Source of the DNA: Vezdaea acicularis | Lineage: Eukaryota | Reading direction: 5' to 3' | NCBI GenBank assembly: GCA_026025075.1 | Contig: JAPEUI010000098.1 | Location: forward strand, 1 to 60,768 | Length of the DNA stretch: 60,768 nt | Shown: positions 40,085 to 52,836 of the stretch, piece by piece | Layout: the number at the start of each line of letters is the position of its first letter | How positions within the stretch are numbered: position 1 is the stretch's first letter | Translations under genes and position numbers: made by a program | Notes under the pieces: generated by a model | Databases searched by the model: none | Seen by the model: only the letters and a program-made list of their open reading frames with translations | What the model was told of the DNA's origin: nothing

Positions 40085-43000
40085 GTTGAAGGTTGGGGAA
40101 GGATGCTTGAACCGTGCTGTCGAAGGAGCGCGATCTTCGGATATTTCCTAGAGCGGTCGTCCGTGCTGTCGCCAAGCGAGCATCGGTCGCTTCGAATGAA
40201 GTGACGATGGTAAGTAGCTCTGCGATGTGGCCGCAAGAGTCTTCGGAATGGATGATATTAAGTGATTGGCATCACCGTAGGAGGTTGTAACAAATTATGA
40301 TGGTTAGATGACGGGGGTCGCAAGAGCTTTCGATGACGGGATGTGATCGTTCTGGTAACAAGGTTGTGGGCTAGGCAGAAAGCGAAAAAACCGACGCTCA
40401 AATTGCCGACCGTGAAACTATACAGAAGAGAGAGTTAGGCTAGTACCACTCAAAGTCAGATGGCAGGGAAAGGATGTTCGTCGTGAAAGTCCGACGAGGT
40501 TCGAAGACGTACTCTAAAATGCTGGGGGACTCGAGGTGCAGTGCCAGCCTGGGACCGTTGTGAACGACGCAAAAAGTACAGCGAAAAGGAGTGGATGGGT
40601 ATTGTTCGGATGGAAAGGAACGGACGCCGGCTCTCGACACCAGACAGAGCAGTCCGGTGGAAGAAGGACCGGCAGGACTGAGGAACGATCTCGAGATCGT
40701 GGGAGGGTGAGGCGGATGGAGGTAGAGGAGGAGGAGGAGGGATGGCGGTGAGGTGAAGAAGAACAAGAAAGACAAGAGGGCGAGGTGAAGTGAACGATCG
40801 GGGGGCCTTGTCGGTGGGTCCACCGCACGCTGCTTCAAGACACACAAGCAGCAGCAGCAGGACTCGCTCGCTCGGTTGTTGCTAAGCGACAAATGACGGA
40901 CCCCCCTTAGCGTGGAGTAGCGTCGCGCGGCGCCGGAGACACCCAGCAGCAGCCAGCGGCGGCCAGCAGCAGACAGCAGGCGGGAGCGACGCTGGGCCGG
41001 CAGAAAATTGGGGGAGTCGCCCCAGCGCAAATTGCGGGGCCCGGGGCGGTCAATCGCTAAACCCGAATCGCACGACTCTCTCCCTGCTTTGCAACGGCCC
41101 TCCAACAGCGCTGTCCTGCGCCCGCACGAGGCTAAAGGCGACCGGCAACCGTGGGCATTGACAGCGGCTTCAGGGGTGGGCGAGGGGGATGGGGTGGAAA
41201 CCAACGCAAAGCGGCCGAAAAGGTGGAGACCGACGAGGAGCAGACGACGAGTGCGGACGCGTGGTCTGGAGAATCCCCGTGGCTCCCGCAGAAGAAAAGA
41301 AAACAAAAGAAAAAGGGGCCGACAACGAATATATCGGGGGAGGCGTCCGTCCGCTGCTTCAGCCAGCCTCGACGCCGGCGCTATTATTGAGTGATCACGA
41401 TGTGGAGTGGAGTACGATGGATGTCGCACCTCGTGGCTCCGGAGTCTAGAGCTCGGAGTTGTCGCAGTCGACGGGAAATACACTACGTGACGTGACGTTC
41501 TATTGTTTTTGCGCGGATTAGGTGTTCAATCAGTCGGAAAATCGACGAGGCTTGACGCCCTTTCGTCCACCCAGGAGCCCGATCGTCGTTGGAGGATGCT
41601 CCGCCGTGCCATTCACCCGGACCGAAGCATTCCCTCTGTCTGGACCCTTGGCATCCTGTGGACCCTTTGTCCATCATCACGTCCATCAACAGTTGATCGG
41701 TCTCCGTGCGAAACGGCGCTGGCACAGGCGTTCCCACGAAGTCACACATATCCAAGAGGCAGCGGAGCGACCGTGCACGCTCGCGCCCAGCCACGCCCGC
41801 ATCATCCGTTCATCTCACCCTCCAACCCGGATTTGAGCCAGTTTCAGCGGCAGGCTGGACGTGCAGCGGGGCCTGTCGCTGCGCACACACACCGGTTCGC
41901 ATCGATAACGCAACGGCTGGGCCCCGACAAGTGGGTGTTGCGATGATGATGTGTTGATGTTCAGAGCGTGAATATCGACGAGGAGAGAGATAGGCAAAAT
42001 GGTCGGATCGACGGCCGGGGCGGCGCTGGGCGATACGAGAGACGGCACAGGAGGAGGACCAAGGGCGGCCGTGGACATGGAGGAGGCCGCGAGGGCCGCG
42101 ACTTCTCTTTTCCGTCCCGTCGCGCCGCCGCTTTGGGCGACGGGAGCGACAGCGCGACAGGGGCTCGATCGGCTTCGTGGAGTCTCATTGGACGGCCGTC
42201 TCCTGCTCGCTCGACTTCTCTGCAGGTGGCATTGGGGCTAGGGCTCGTTTGGGAGGGCATGCCCCGGTCGATCGTGGTGCGACGGCGACTCTGCGCAGCC
42301 TCGTCGGCCTCCGTCCTCATCTTGTATCTCGTCGACGTCTCGACGAGCGGCCCTGACAGAAAAGCCCCTCGTTCGGACCGGGCTAAGGGTGAGAGACGGC
42401 CGCCTTGCTCATTGTGGCCGGCCATGAAGCTGGGAAAGGTGTTCGAGCGGTCATGCAATGCGATAAGCAGGTGTCCCCGTTGAGTGGCTGGTAAATTGCG
42501 CATGCGGAGGGACCGGACCAGCAGATGGACATCGTGGGCGCATCCTCCACCGGCTGCCGGCAGCATCGCTGCACGCCCACTCCGCTGGCCTCTCGTCTCG
42601 CCGTTTCGCCTCCTCCTTCCCATCGGCCATTCCTGCGCCGACCACGGTCGAGCGCGAGGTTCGAGGGACGTCCCACCCATCACGCTTGGCCGAAGTCTCC
42701 TTTCGCCTTCACCGTTTTCCGTGCCTGCAGCAGCGCCGAGCTGAACCGTCGGGAGGGGGGCATTCATCTGCAGCACAAGTGCCAGTCATGATTCAAGGAA
42801 CGCCAGTGGGAGAGCGCGGCATCACACCCCTCTCCGGCGCGTGGCGGTGTCGGGCGGCGAATGAGAGCGACGTGACGGCCGGCGGGCGACGCCAACGCCG
42901 CAAGCGGAATAGCGCCATCCATCAGCACCAATCTCCGCTTCGACCGTCGAATGCCACAGCGTCGCACTTCTCGATCATCCCCATGGCGCAACTCAGCGGG

Positions 43001-43407
43001 TCGTGATCAATTGATGACTTCGCGTGCAAAGATTGGCTGTCGCGGCTAGTCTTTGGGAACGAACCCTTTCCTTTCGAATTTCCTTCGAATTTCCTTCCAT
43101 CGTCATCCTGACACAATTTGCAGTGGCCACGCCGGGGTAATGCCCAAGGCCCTGCTCAAAGGCGTTGAGTTTGGGGGGTTTATGACTGCTATTCCCTTCC
43201 CAAGAGCGTCCCCGGCGAGCATCACATTGTGTTTCTCGAGTAGTGTTCCTTCCTTGTGGACATCAGCCATCTAGAGTTTGGAGGTTGTTCCACCCCCATA
43301 TTTTGCTTCGACCGACGATCCTTGATCGACGTGACTCGAAGCCCACCGCGCGCGACGCTCCTCGCAGTACTTAGCGGCTATCGCTGGAGGTCGGCGAAGG
43401 CACCCGT

Positions 43408-45136
43408 TTAGCTGGTCGTCGGAACCTTGGAAGTTCCGCTGGTGAAATCAAAGCGAGTGCGAGCGCCCGGTATATCGATCTTCGTGCCGCCTTCTTTCTT
43501 CCACTCACGCTTCCAACTGATGGTAGGGGGATTCACCTCCGAGCTATAGCCGATGCCTTTACGAGACAACCCCCCAAAGGTTCGATGTATCTGATGTATC
43601 TTCGGCATGCCCTCATCCTTGCGTCCTGTTTGCATGTCCGTTTGCTCTACCGCGTCGATGCTAGTGCCAAATACTATACGTCCACGAAGGGCAGTTCGTT
43701 GGAAGGTGTCTGCCGCGGCACCCACTGACTCTGTATGCTTGCGTGTCCCCAAGGAGGTGGTGGATGCTGCCCTTACACGACTCGTCCAAAATTGTATCCA
43801 GTCCCCAGGCCTCACAACTTCACCCATCTGAGCTTGATCGCTAGTGAATTCAGCCCCTTCTTCGTGGACTGTCGTAGTTGAGCTTCGCTCGTCAAAGTCG
43901 ATTTCCGGGTCCAGTGATATGAGACCTTGTCTTTGGCCCCATCCGCCTCCCCCGCTGAGCACACGATGGAGCCGATAACCTTGATAGAAGTTTTGGAAGC
44001 CAGTGGATCGATCCCCACGGCGGTCATCATGGTCTGTGGGGTCAAAAAGATCCTTGGGATACACGGCTGCCCAAACTGGCGCAGGCCCTGTACCTCGGAG
44101 ACTGTCCAGTGTTGCGTATTTCTTGCTGAGAATTGCTTCGAGTTGCCTTGAAGCAGGCTCGGCCGCGCCCTTCTCATCATCCGCTAACTCGCTGATAACA
44201 TTGCCCAGCCCAGAGCGAATCTGACGGATGGGCGTCAATGCAAGCCTCGGCATATGGCCGAATGGTCCACGAACGCCTGTGCCTCTTGGCTGGTGCTTAA
44301 GACATTGGGAGATACGAAGTGGCCCAATGTCGCGTGAAAGGACTCGTTCCACTTTGAATCTGTCGATATGCGGTACCCAACGTGAGACGGAGAGTGTTGA
44401 GAAAGACCCATTCTGGAAGAGAGTGTTTGCCAATGGCAGTTTGATAGTGCCGCGCCAGCGCCCCTGTTGGAGTTCGAAAGAGAGTAGTCTCTCCCGTTCT
44501 TCACCCACCCGTTCTGATATCAACTTAGTACCGCTATTGCCCTGTTTCCAAAGTAATGGCGCAACCTCATTTGATGACTCGCAAACTAGCATAGAGAGAC
44601 CCTCATGGCATCCATCACCAAATCCAAACGCTTGATCGATATCCCCAGGAATATTGTCGACGATTGCAGCCACAACATCAATCTTTATATCTTCAAGCAC
44701 CTCAGGGAAGAGTTTGGCAAGGGCCCTGGCTAAAAAATCGGATTTCTCACCAAGCAAACCGGTAAAGGCAGGGGTAAGAAGTATGATGACTAGGGGGTGC
44801 GGGTATCGGAAAGCCTTGAAAGTTGGCAGTTCTCGAATAATATCTGAGGCATTCTGATAGAAGCTGGTCAGAAGACAGTTCTCTCGGGTCACCTAAGATT
44901 GATGTTCTCACCGACTTTGTTGGAGAGGTCACCACAAGGGTCTGGGCCCGAATGTGATATGGGATAGAATCGCGCCCGCGAGATTCACTGAGTTGTCTCC
45001 TTTGAGCATGGTGCTCAAGAGAATTTAGCTGGGACCGTGCCACATCTGACCAGCGACTACATCGCGGGCAGAGACGATTTGACGCTCCAAAAACGGACAA
45101 AGAGAGCGTCCACCTAGAAATGAAGCGTGCGTACAT
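43408..45136 (-). CDS. Fungal hypothetical protein, probably mitochondrial; 1 intron ~44854-44912
   Basis: Arg/Ser-rich N-terminal exon joined to a ~480-aa frame with LPLANTLF.NG and LHRVLSGGGGWG..GLISLDP. Confidence 0.75.
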
Positions 45137-45642
45137 TTAAGGTGTTCCACAGGGACTTATTATCATAGTTAAAGAGGACTGGTGGGAGCTAGAGCATCGC
45201 GCGCGTAGACTAAAACCGACTACTAAGTATCTGGAAGTTCCAGCTTTTTCCTTCGGTAAAATCAGAGATCAAAACCACAGTACTGACGTGCCTAACTTAT
45301 CGTTCTTTTTTTAAATTCGAGTTTAAATATTTATTTAGAGATGAATCCATAAGGTGGATGGACATACTAATAATGGTTAATTCAAAAGTATCTTGAAATC
45401 ACTCTAAATACCATTCACAGGGCTTGTTGTAGCTACTTGAGATCTCAAACCAATTCGTCTCACAAACCCTCGCGGTACGTCGAATTTGCTTCAGGGCTGT
45501 ATTCTCCATAAACTTTGAAGGCGCTACGTTATGGAAGGGTTTGCGCAGGGGGTTCAGGAGCACCCATATAAAGCTGGCGCCGGCGAATGAAGCTTGCGCC
45601 AACGGGCATTAATCACCGTCACCTTGGCCAGTCCTGCGCTAA

Positions 45643-46012
45643 TCAGAGAACGTCTACATCAAGCTCCTCCATCACCCCTAATATAACGCCCAAGCTCTCC
45701 ATAAAACCGTTGACAGCGACACGTAACATGCGATTGGTGGTTGCCTTATATTCTGTACGTAACACCGTCCTTTCCATCTCACGAGTCGACTCCATGTCCA
45801 AGACCGGCACCAGTGAGAAGGATCGGCGTACTAGAGGCGATAGTTCCTTGTCGACCTCGAGAGCTTTTAAAGCGCTTGACGCATGGCGCATTGTAGGAAG
45901 TGGAATAGAAAGCGTCCTAGAAGGCTCTCATAGATGAGGACAAGACGAGATGGACTAGACAAAAGTTTGTTACGTACAGCGAGCAAGGAAAGTCAGAATC
46001 GATAGCTGCCAT
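45643..46012 (-). CDS. PCC1: KEOPS/EKC complex subunit Pcc1; 1 intron
   Basis: Spliced MAAIDSDFPCSLTLSIPLPT..ALEVDKELSPLVRRSF..YKATTNRMLRVAVNGFMESL. Confidence 0.88.
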
Positions 46013-46693
46013 GACTGTCTTAGCAGAGCACACATGGGGCGAAAGACAAGAAGTTAATGTCCTGTTGACAAGATGATCTTGCGGTTATTACGGTCTCAGA
46101 AAATGGTGGAGGCTCGAGCGAAACGTGACGCTGTTGGTCACGTACCATTTTCGCTTGAAGTCTGCAAGGTACACCGTTGCCCCGTCAACGATTAGCGAGC
46201 GGCGATATCCGGCCGCAAAACAACAACTTCCCAAATTTCTCTAGCGCATCCTAGACCCACTGCCTCGATCAACTCGGGAAAGCACCACCTTTAGCCCACA
46301 CTATTACATCCTCCCTCTTCACCTGCGCTTCGAAGTTCCCTCAGTCAACGTATCCGGAATAGAGCTGCATCATTATCAGTATTTTTTACTTTCTATTCGG
46401 CGATCGCGCATTGTTAGTAGTGACATCAATAGCACTCAATAGCAGGTGTGATTGCTATTGATAGTTTGATAACCCCAAGTTCGGGTTGCGACGCTCGATC
46501 CTGCTCCAAACATCATAACAACAACCCCCAATTCCCTGATCGCCAGCATCCGCAAGTCAATTCCTCACAAGCGTCGAGGGACTCAGTAGTGGTCTGGGAA
46601 AGTGCTCCTCGCCGTCGACCACTGCTTCCGAGGATCGTTCGTGTGCCTCTATTGCCTCAGTAACTGTACCGAATATTCCTCACCGCAGGCACG

Positions 46694-48781
46694 ATGAGTC
46701 CCCCAGCAGCAACGAGCTTCGGCCAGGTCATCGAATACATTCAAGGCAAGTGCTAAGAGATACTTTGCATGAACTCCTAAGACTGCGCGCAAATCTCCGG
46801 CCGTTGTTGAACTAGTACTGACTTGCTCCTTAGACCGATTGTATCTTGCGGCGTATACATCCCCCCCCTCCTCATCAACTCCATTCCCGTACCCAAATGC
46901 AAGCAGATCTCCGGATAAAAGAGGCAAATCGAGGACGCAACAAACGGGTGGTCCCACTGTACATCCACCAGCATATTTCTCCGTGGATGATACCCTATTA
47001 TATAACGCCTTTCATCACGATTTTGGTCCCTTGCATATTGGCCACCTCTATAGATTTGCTGTACAGCTCCATGATATCTTGGGTGACCCAGCCAATGAAG
47101 GGCGAGGTATCGTATTCTGGAGCAAGGCAAACGCGAAGAGTAAGTGCTGCACATCTTCTATCACCGCTGGCGGACTCCGCTTACCCCATTTTTTTGGTAT
47201 TAGGTCGAGCGAATGCGGCATGCATGCTTGCTTGCTACATGGTTTTGATCCAGTCATGGCCACCTCATCTTGCACTAGCGCCCATAGCGCAGGCAGATCC
47301 ACCGTTGATGCCATTCCGAGATGCGGGCTACAGCCAGGCAGATTACACTATTGGAGTTCAAGATGTAGTGTATGGAGTCTGGAAAGCCAAAGAAGAAGGT
47401 CTATGTAGGCTTAGTGACTTCAGCTTAGAAGAGTAAGTCTAAAGCATTCCTATTAAGTTCGAAACCCTGATGTATTTTCAGATACGAGAGATATGAGAGA
47501 GTGGACATGGGCGACTTCAATTGGCTCACGCCTTCATTTCTGGCTTTTGCCTCTCCTCAGCATTCGCCAGTGTCACCAATTCTCCCGTCGTCCCCATTGT
47601 TCAAAACTCTTCCCACGACGATTGCGGAAGTCGAATCTGCAAGCATTCCTACGCCTTTCAAGAACGTGCTCTGCCATTTCTCCACCCGAAATGTCGGTTT
47701 AGTAGTTCGTCTGAACTCAGAGCTTTACTCTCCATCCTACTTCACTGCCCTGGGCATCAATCATCTTGATATGATCTTCGATGATGGAACATGTCCCCCT
47801 CTGAACCTGGTCAAGAAGTTCATCAAGCTTGCACACGAAACCATCACCATCAAACACAAGCACATTGCTGTCCACTGCAAGGCTGGCCTTGGCCGTACAG
47901 GATGTTTGATTGGGGCGTACCTCATCTATAGGCACGGCTTCACCGCCAACGAGATCATCGCATTCATGCGCTTTATGCGGCCTGGCATGGTCGTAGGGCC
48001 TCAGCAGCACTGGCTGCATCTCAACCAAGGTACATTCCGTGAATGGTGGTGGGCAGACCTCATGAAGGAGAAGGCAGCCATTACTCCTAGCACACCGACA
48101 AAACCAAATATCAAACGCCGCATTACAAATGGGCAGACTTCCACACCACCAAACGGCGCCGCAAGGAGACCTGTGCTCAACGAAATCGACCATAACGAGT
48201 CTAGCCATAGCATCACAGATAAGCTGGACGACAACCTCCCCGCCCCTACACCAGGTCAGCCCCGCAAGACTTCCCGACTGGGATCCGATCATCCTCACAG
48301 ACAGCACCCCTACAGCCGCGGCCCCTCTGAGACATTCGTGCATGACGACGACATCGTCACCATGCTCCCCAGCACCACGAAGATTGTCACAAAGACAAAA
48401 TCCCTCAAACGCGCCTCTGCTGGCTCTGATGAAAATGAAAGTGACGGTACAGAGGATGAGTGGCAGCTGCGCATGCTGGCGAGACGTACAGCTAGCCGAT
48501 CTCCACGTTCGAGCGAAAAAAGGGCAGTTACGTACACCGCGACGACTACTAGGACAGAGACGACATTTTCCTTAAGTGGCAACACTGATGGAGCCGGCAG
48601 CTTGAGTGATGCTGAGAATTGGCTTGCGAAGCCGAAAACGCCTGGACGGGAGAAGTCCGGAAGTGGAGCAATGGTGAGCGTCGGCAAGGTCAGGGGGAGC
48701 CCAAGAAGAGGGACTGTCGAAGGGAAGGTCAGGAAGACGAGTACTCGAGTAGGAAGTGCGTCAGGGACAAGAAAAATCTGA
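46694..48781 (+). CDS. CDC14: Cdc14 dual-specificity phosphatase; 3 introns, the first being GC-AG
   Basis: GQVIEYIQ|DRLYLA, YNAFHHDFGPL, MPFRDAGYS, VHCKAGLGRTG, RPGMVVGPQQHWL. Confidence 0.97.
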
Positions 48782-49215
48782 AGGGAAGCTCAACCTTATT
48801 GATCAATGAATTACGGATGAGGGTTAATGCCAAGGCGGAGCCGCTTGATGATCTCTGACAGGCCGATTTGCATGAGCATGATACTTTCTTTCGAGGACTC
48901 AGTGGCACAAGTGCTTGTCGTGCCTGTTTTGCATAGCTGCATAGCCCGCACTTTTGCATGTCGTCGAGTTCTATTGGAACATTGCTCCTACGAGGCTGGC
49001 AGAATGGTTGGCTGGATAGGCGTTTTTTTGGATTGCTTTTGCACTGCGGGATTGCTGGGGCTTTTCTTCGGTCCTAGGGTGTTTGTAGGGATACTATTCA
49101 ATGCATGTTCAAAGAAACAGATCAGATCGTTATAGATCTTATATTAGGGGCTTGAGAGCATGAAGACCTGTGTCTGTCTCAAGGTTGCTGAGGGAAGCAC
49201 CGCTACCTGCACTGC

Positions 49216-50304
49216 TCACCGTTCACGACCTCCACCTAACGCTGCAGCTACGACTCTACTCGCTCTTTCCCCGCCTATGTAATCGCTCTCTTCCTCGCAT
49301 GCCTGCTCATAAGCCCTCATCACGCTACCCTCGTCCACTCTAGCTCCCCCTTCAACTAGCACCCTCACACAACTCGCTAGTCGTCCTATCTCCCTTCTCA
49401 TCTGCGGCGCAATGACATCGTTCTGGCTTGAGTATATGCTCTCGCTGACTGCCTCCTCCATCCTTGTAATCGTGACCCCTTTTGTCTCTGATGCGGGCTC
49501 AATATGCTTGCTGATGTGTATATATCCGTTCACCCCCAATATGACATCCACCTTTCCGCCCCCATTTGCTGTCGAAACAGTCCAGACTTGCCTCCTCGCC
49601 CTTACCACGCCTCCACTGCCACCCTCGCCCCCCATACCCGCAACGGACATGAAAAGTCCATTCCTCAACTTGCCATACTTGAGCGAGCGCGTGTGCAGCC
49701 CTGCACTGCCGTCCTGGTAAAGACTCTGTACTTCTGCAACCAGCAAGTCTCCCTCTGAGAAGAACGAACGCATCTGCAGCTCATCTGTGCTGGTACGTTT
49801 GCGTAGGATGCCGCCGGGCAGGTTTATTGCGGAGAGGGGGAGAGAGGCTAGCAGAGGGGATGACAGGTGTACCAAGTAGCGTTTGCTTTGGACCTCGACG
49901 ATACGGCCGACAACCAGGTCGCCAATCTCTGGGGTGTAACGTGCGCGGAGAGGGTATACGCTCAGAAGCTTGTTGGTTTTTTGGACGGTGCCAGCTACGC
50001 TAGCAATGATTGTGGTACTGGGTGGGGGGACATAGGTCCCATAGCCTCTGCACTTAACGTCAGTATTCGATATCTTGTTGGAACAGCTTGGTCCCTTATC
50101 AGGGCACGATTCGTACCGCATCCATTTAGGGTCGTCCGTAACCACTTCGCCCGGCGTGACAATACTCGTGGAGATGCGAGCTCGCTTTCTGGGGTGCGGT
50201 AGGTCCATGTCCATGTCCACGTCTCCATCTGGATCATATTCAGAAAATGAATCTCCTTCAGAAAGAGGAGGAGCGGGCTTGGGCGGGAGTATAATTATGG
50301 CCAT
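49216..50304 (-). CDS. RRP4: Exosome cap subunit Rrp4
   Basis: [68 protein letters not shown]. Confidence 0.95.
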   Translation of the reverse strand: MAIIILPPKPAPPLSEGDSFSEYDPDGDVDMDMDLPHPRKRARISTSIVTPGEVVTDDPKWMRYESCPDKGPSCSNKISNTDVKCRGYGTYVPPPSTTIIASVAGTVQKTNKLLSVYPLRARYTPEIGDLVVGRIVEVQSKRYLVHLSSPLLASLPLSAINLPGGILRKRTSTDELQMRSFFSEGDLLVAEVQSLYQDGSAGLHTRSLKYGKLRNGLFMSVAGMGGEGGSGGVVRARRQVWTVSTANGGGKVDVILGVNGYIHISKHIEPASETKGVTITRMEEAVSESIYSSQNDVIAPQMRREIGRLASCVRVLVEGGARVDEGSVMRAYEQACEEESDYIGGERASRVVAAALGGGRER

Positions 50305-51037
50305 TGTGGGTGGGGAATCGACGACTGGTTGAGGTAGGCAGAATTCGAGGAACTGAGATCCTCGAACAAGCAGTTTTACGCGAGCATTTCGTCTGTCGTC
50401 CAAAGATCAAGAGAAGCTTCGTTTAGTTTGAAGGCGGAGTATTGAAGCACATCGTTTTGTATATGAAGACCATTAGCGGTGGTTGGTTCCCACTAGTTTG
50501 CCAGATACTCAGATGCCTTCTCGTACCCTGATTGAGCCAGGCATTTTAATCACCGGAGGCGTTTCTTCTAGTTCTCAAGCGCCTAAAACACGAGAACCTC
50601 TTTCGAAGCACTTTACTATTCTTGAGCCCCCACACCTTTTGCCGAGCACAGGCGCGACCCATCTCAGGTCCCGATTCTTCCAAAAATGCTGAAAGCTTCG
50701 AGTTTTCTCATCGATGAGCAATAGGTATCTCAGACGAAGGGCTCGTTTCTCACGAGTAAGTGGTGCGCCTTGGTGAGGACTACAGACGCCGGGGAGGAAG
50801 AAGATTCTAAAAGGTTGCAAGTCTATGGGCAAGTCTATTACCACGGTTTTGATTATTTAACTCGCTGCGTTCTGCTCCAACATAGGATAAATTGCGATGA
50901 AGTCACGGCTCGATACACTCATTCCTAAGAACTAGATCATATCAAGGTAAATAAGCAAATCGCAAGAAAAAGCTTGAAGATCATCGCGACAACAATTGGG
51001 AATAAGGTTTAGAAATCATGCAAGTGATCGCAGATTA

Positions 51038-52564
51038 TTAAGCTCTCACTTCAAGCATTGACCATAGATCACCACATACTGAAAAGTTGTTCATGTGTCG
51101 TTCCACCACCGCGGATCGGCCTCTTACTTGGAAGAACTCCGAATTTTGAAAGACAGTTCCAGATGGCTCCCTGCAGCAAGCGCTTGATACATATGAGGTA
51201 TTGCAAAGACGAGCCGGACCAGCAGTCTCATCTCTCTTCATTAGCCCAGCTCCAAATAATCTCGACGATCAATCGGGCTGCCACGCCACAGTAGCGGTAT
51301 GTTCTTCTGCAATCGCCCCAAACGCCTTTCGAAAACAGAGTTCCTACGCCACTATCTTGGTGCTCTCCCAAGGCCAGACAACTAACGTCGTCACACCCTG
51401 CTAGTCTTCTCGTCCTGGTACAGTCCTGGTGGTGGGAGCGACCCATCTTATAATGAGACTGAATCCTAGTACAGTGGGGGGGCAAAAGTCTGAATACACC
51501 TTGGCCTCCCTTCACGCGCCGAAGTGTATTCAGACTTCTGCCCCTTCACTGTAACAAAGCCACCGACCTCCTGAGCTAGGATCTCAACTCAGATGTCTCC
51601 TTTGTGTTTGTTCTTAGGATCTAAGAACAAAGCCTATAGTTCCAAGAGAACTAGTCACCCTAAGATCTTCTTGAAGCCTCCACTCCACCTGGAAGCATGT
51701 CACGCACTAAAAGAGGTGCTAAACAGCCTCCAGTGCCAATTCTAGCCACAAAAGCAGCCACTAATTGAAAAGAAGATATGTTGTCAACGTTAGATATATC
51801 TCATAGATCTTCTAACATTCCTCACTAGCCTCTGCTGCTAAGGATATTATTTTTGGAAATGCGTTACATACACATACAATTTAGTAGATTTCAATCATTA
51901 TGTGTGAACAAAAAAGTATTGAAAGGTTAGCTTCTTTCTTTGCCTTTTCATCGTTCGTATAGTGAGGGGCTAGAAGTCTGAATACACTTCGGCGCGTGAA
52001 AAGAGACCAAGATATATTCAGACTTTTGCTCCCCCACTTTATGATATGGAGCTCTCATCAAACGGACAGGATTTCCGTACCCTGCGTTCCTATTCCTCCT
52101 TGTTCCTGGGTTTTCTTCCCATTTGGATGATGCTCTTATACCTTTCCATTTGGCTATCACACAGTTGGGCCACCATTTTGAGCCCTTCGCTGCGCTCTTT
52201 ATTCCTTCCACTACTTGCAGATTGTACTCCTTGTTTCTAGGGCATTCGCAGTTTTGCAGACAATAGCTCAATGCATCGGCAACTGTTTCGGGATCCCATG
52301 GAGATTCTGGACGCTCATCCTGGCTTACGTAATTTGGGTAGTGAAGTCTGTTTCTTTCGAGGCAGCGGCAGCCTAAATTTGGAGGATCTTGCCCTTCCAT
52401 TCCGAGGCAAAGATCGTAAACTTCACTGTATCCCCGCATCACTCCATTTTGGGGCCATATCTCTCGGCCGGACTAGGATCCCTGCAAAGCATACACCCGT
52501 GGCCTTTAGTGGTACGGGCAAAAGCTAAGAGGACTAATATGTGATGAGCCCCAAAGGGCATCAT
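51038..52564 (-). pseudogene. Disrupted paralog of the adjacent secreted Cys-rich gene (frameshifts near 52445 and ~51250-51300, plus a 568-bp insertion)
   Basis: Signal-like MMPFGAHHILVLLAFA, then VYDLC..NLGCRC..YCLQNCEC. Beyond the insertion come DCTRTRRLAGCDDVSCLA and MKRDET..LCNTSYVSSACC, colinear with the 52837-53664 protein. Confidence 0.8.
51472..52039. mobile_element. Non-autonomous Tc1/impala-like (mimp-like) element, 568 bp, TA target-site duplication, with 80-bp inverted terminal units
   Basis: TA at 51470-71 and 52040-41. Unit 51472-51551 matches the reverse complement of 51960-52039 with 11 differences in 80, mostly transitions. The terminus CAGTGGGGGGGCAAAAGTCTGAATACA resembles the impala/mimp TIR. 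No transposase ORF inside. Confidence 0.85.
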
Positions 52565-52836
52565 TTAGTGGGTTTCGATCGACAGGAATTCAAACTTCGA
52601 TGTGTTTGAAGGTAAGATCACCATCTCGTCCCTTTAGGTTCCAGGAGGAACGCATTTTATTATGTCCCCCACATGGGAGGATGCGCGTTCTACCTTTTTG
52701 GACGTTCTCCTTGTCTATTCTCAAGCGATGCGTCATTAATCAATCCAAGAACGAGAAGCGCCATGCGGCATGTCAAACGTTTGGCCAACAGCTCCGCTTC
52801 TTAACGTTTCATGTCGCGGTTAAAGCCTCTGTTGGT

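Noticed and set aside
40440..42776. Long ORFs (347 aa and 271 aa, minus strand)
   Set aside because: Arg/Ser/Pro/Gly-rich, overlapping in several frames, no motifs; expected by chance in GC-rich non-coding DNA.
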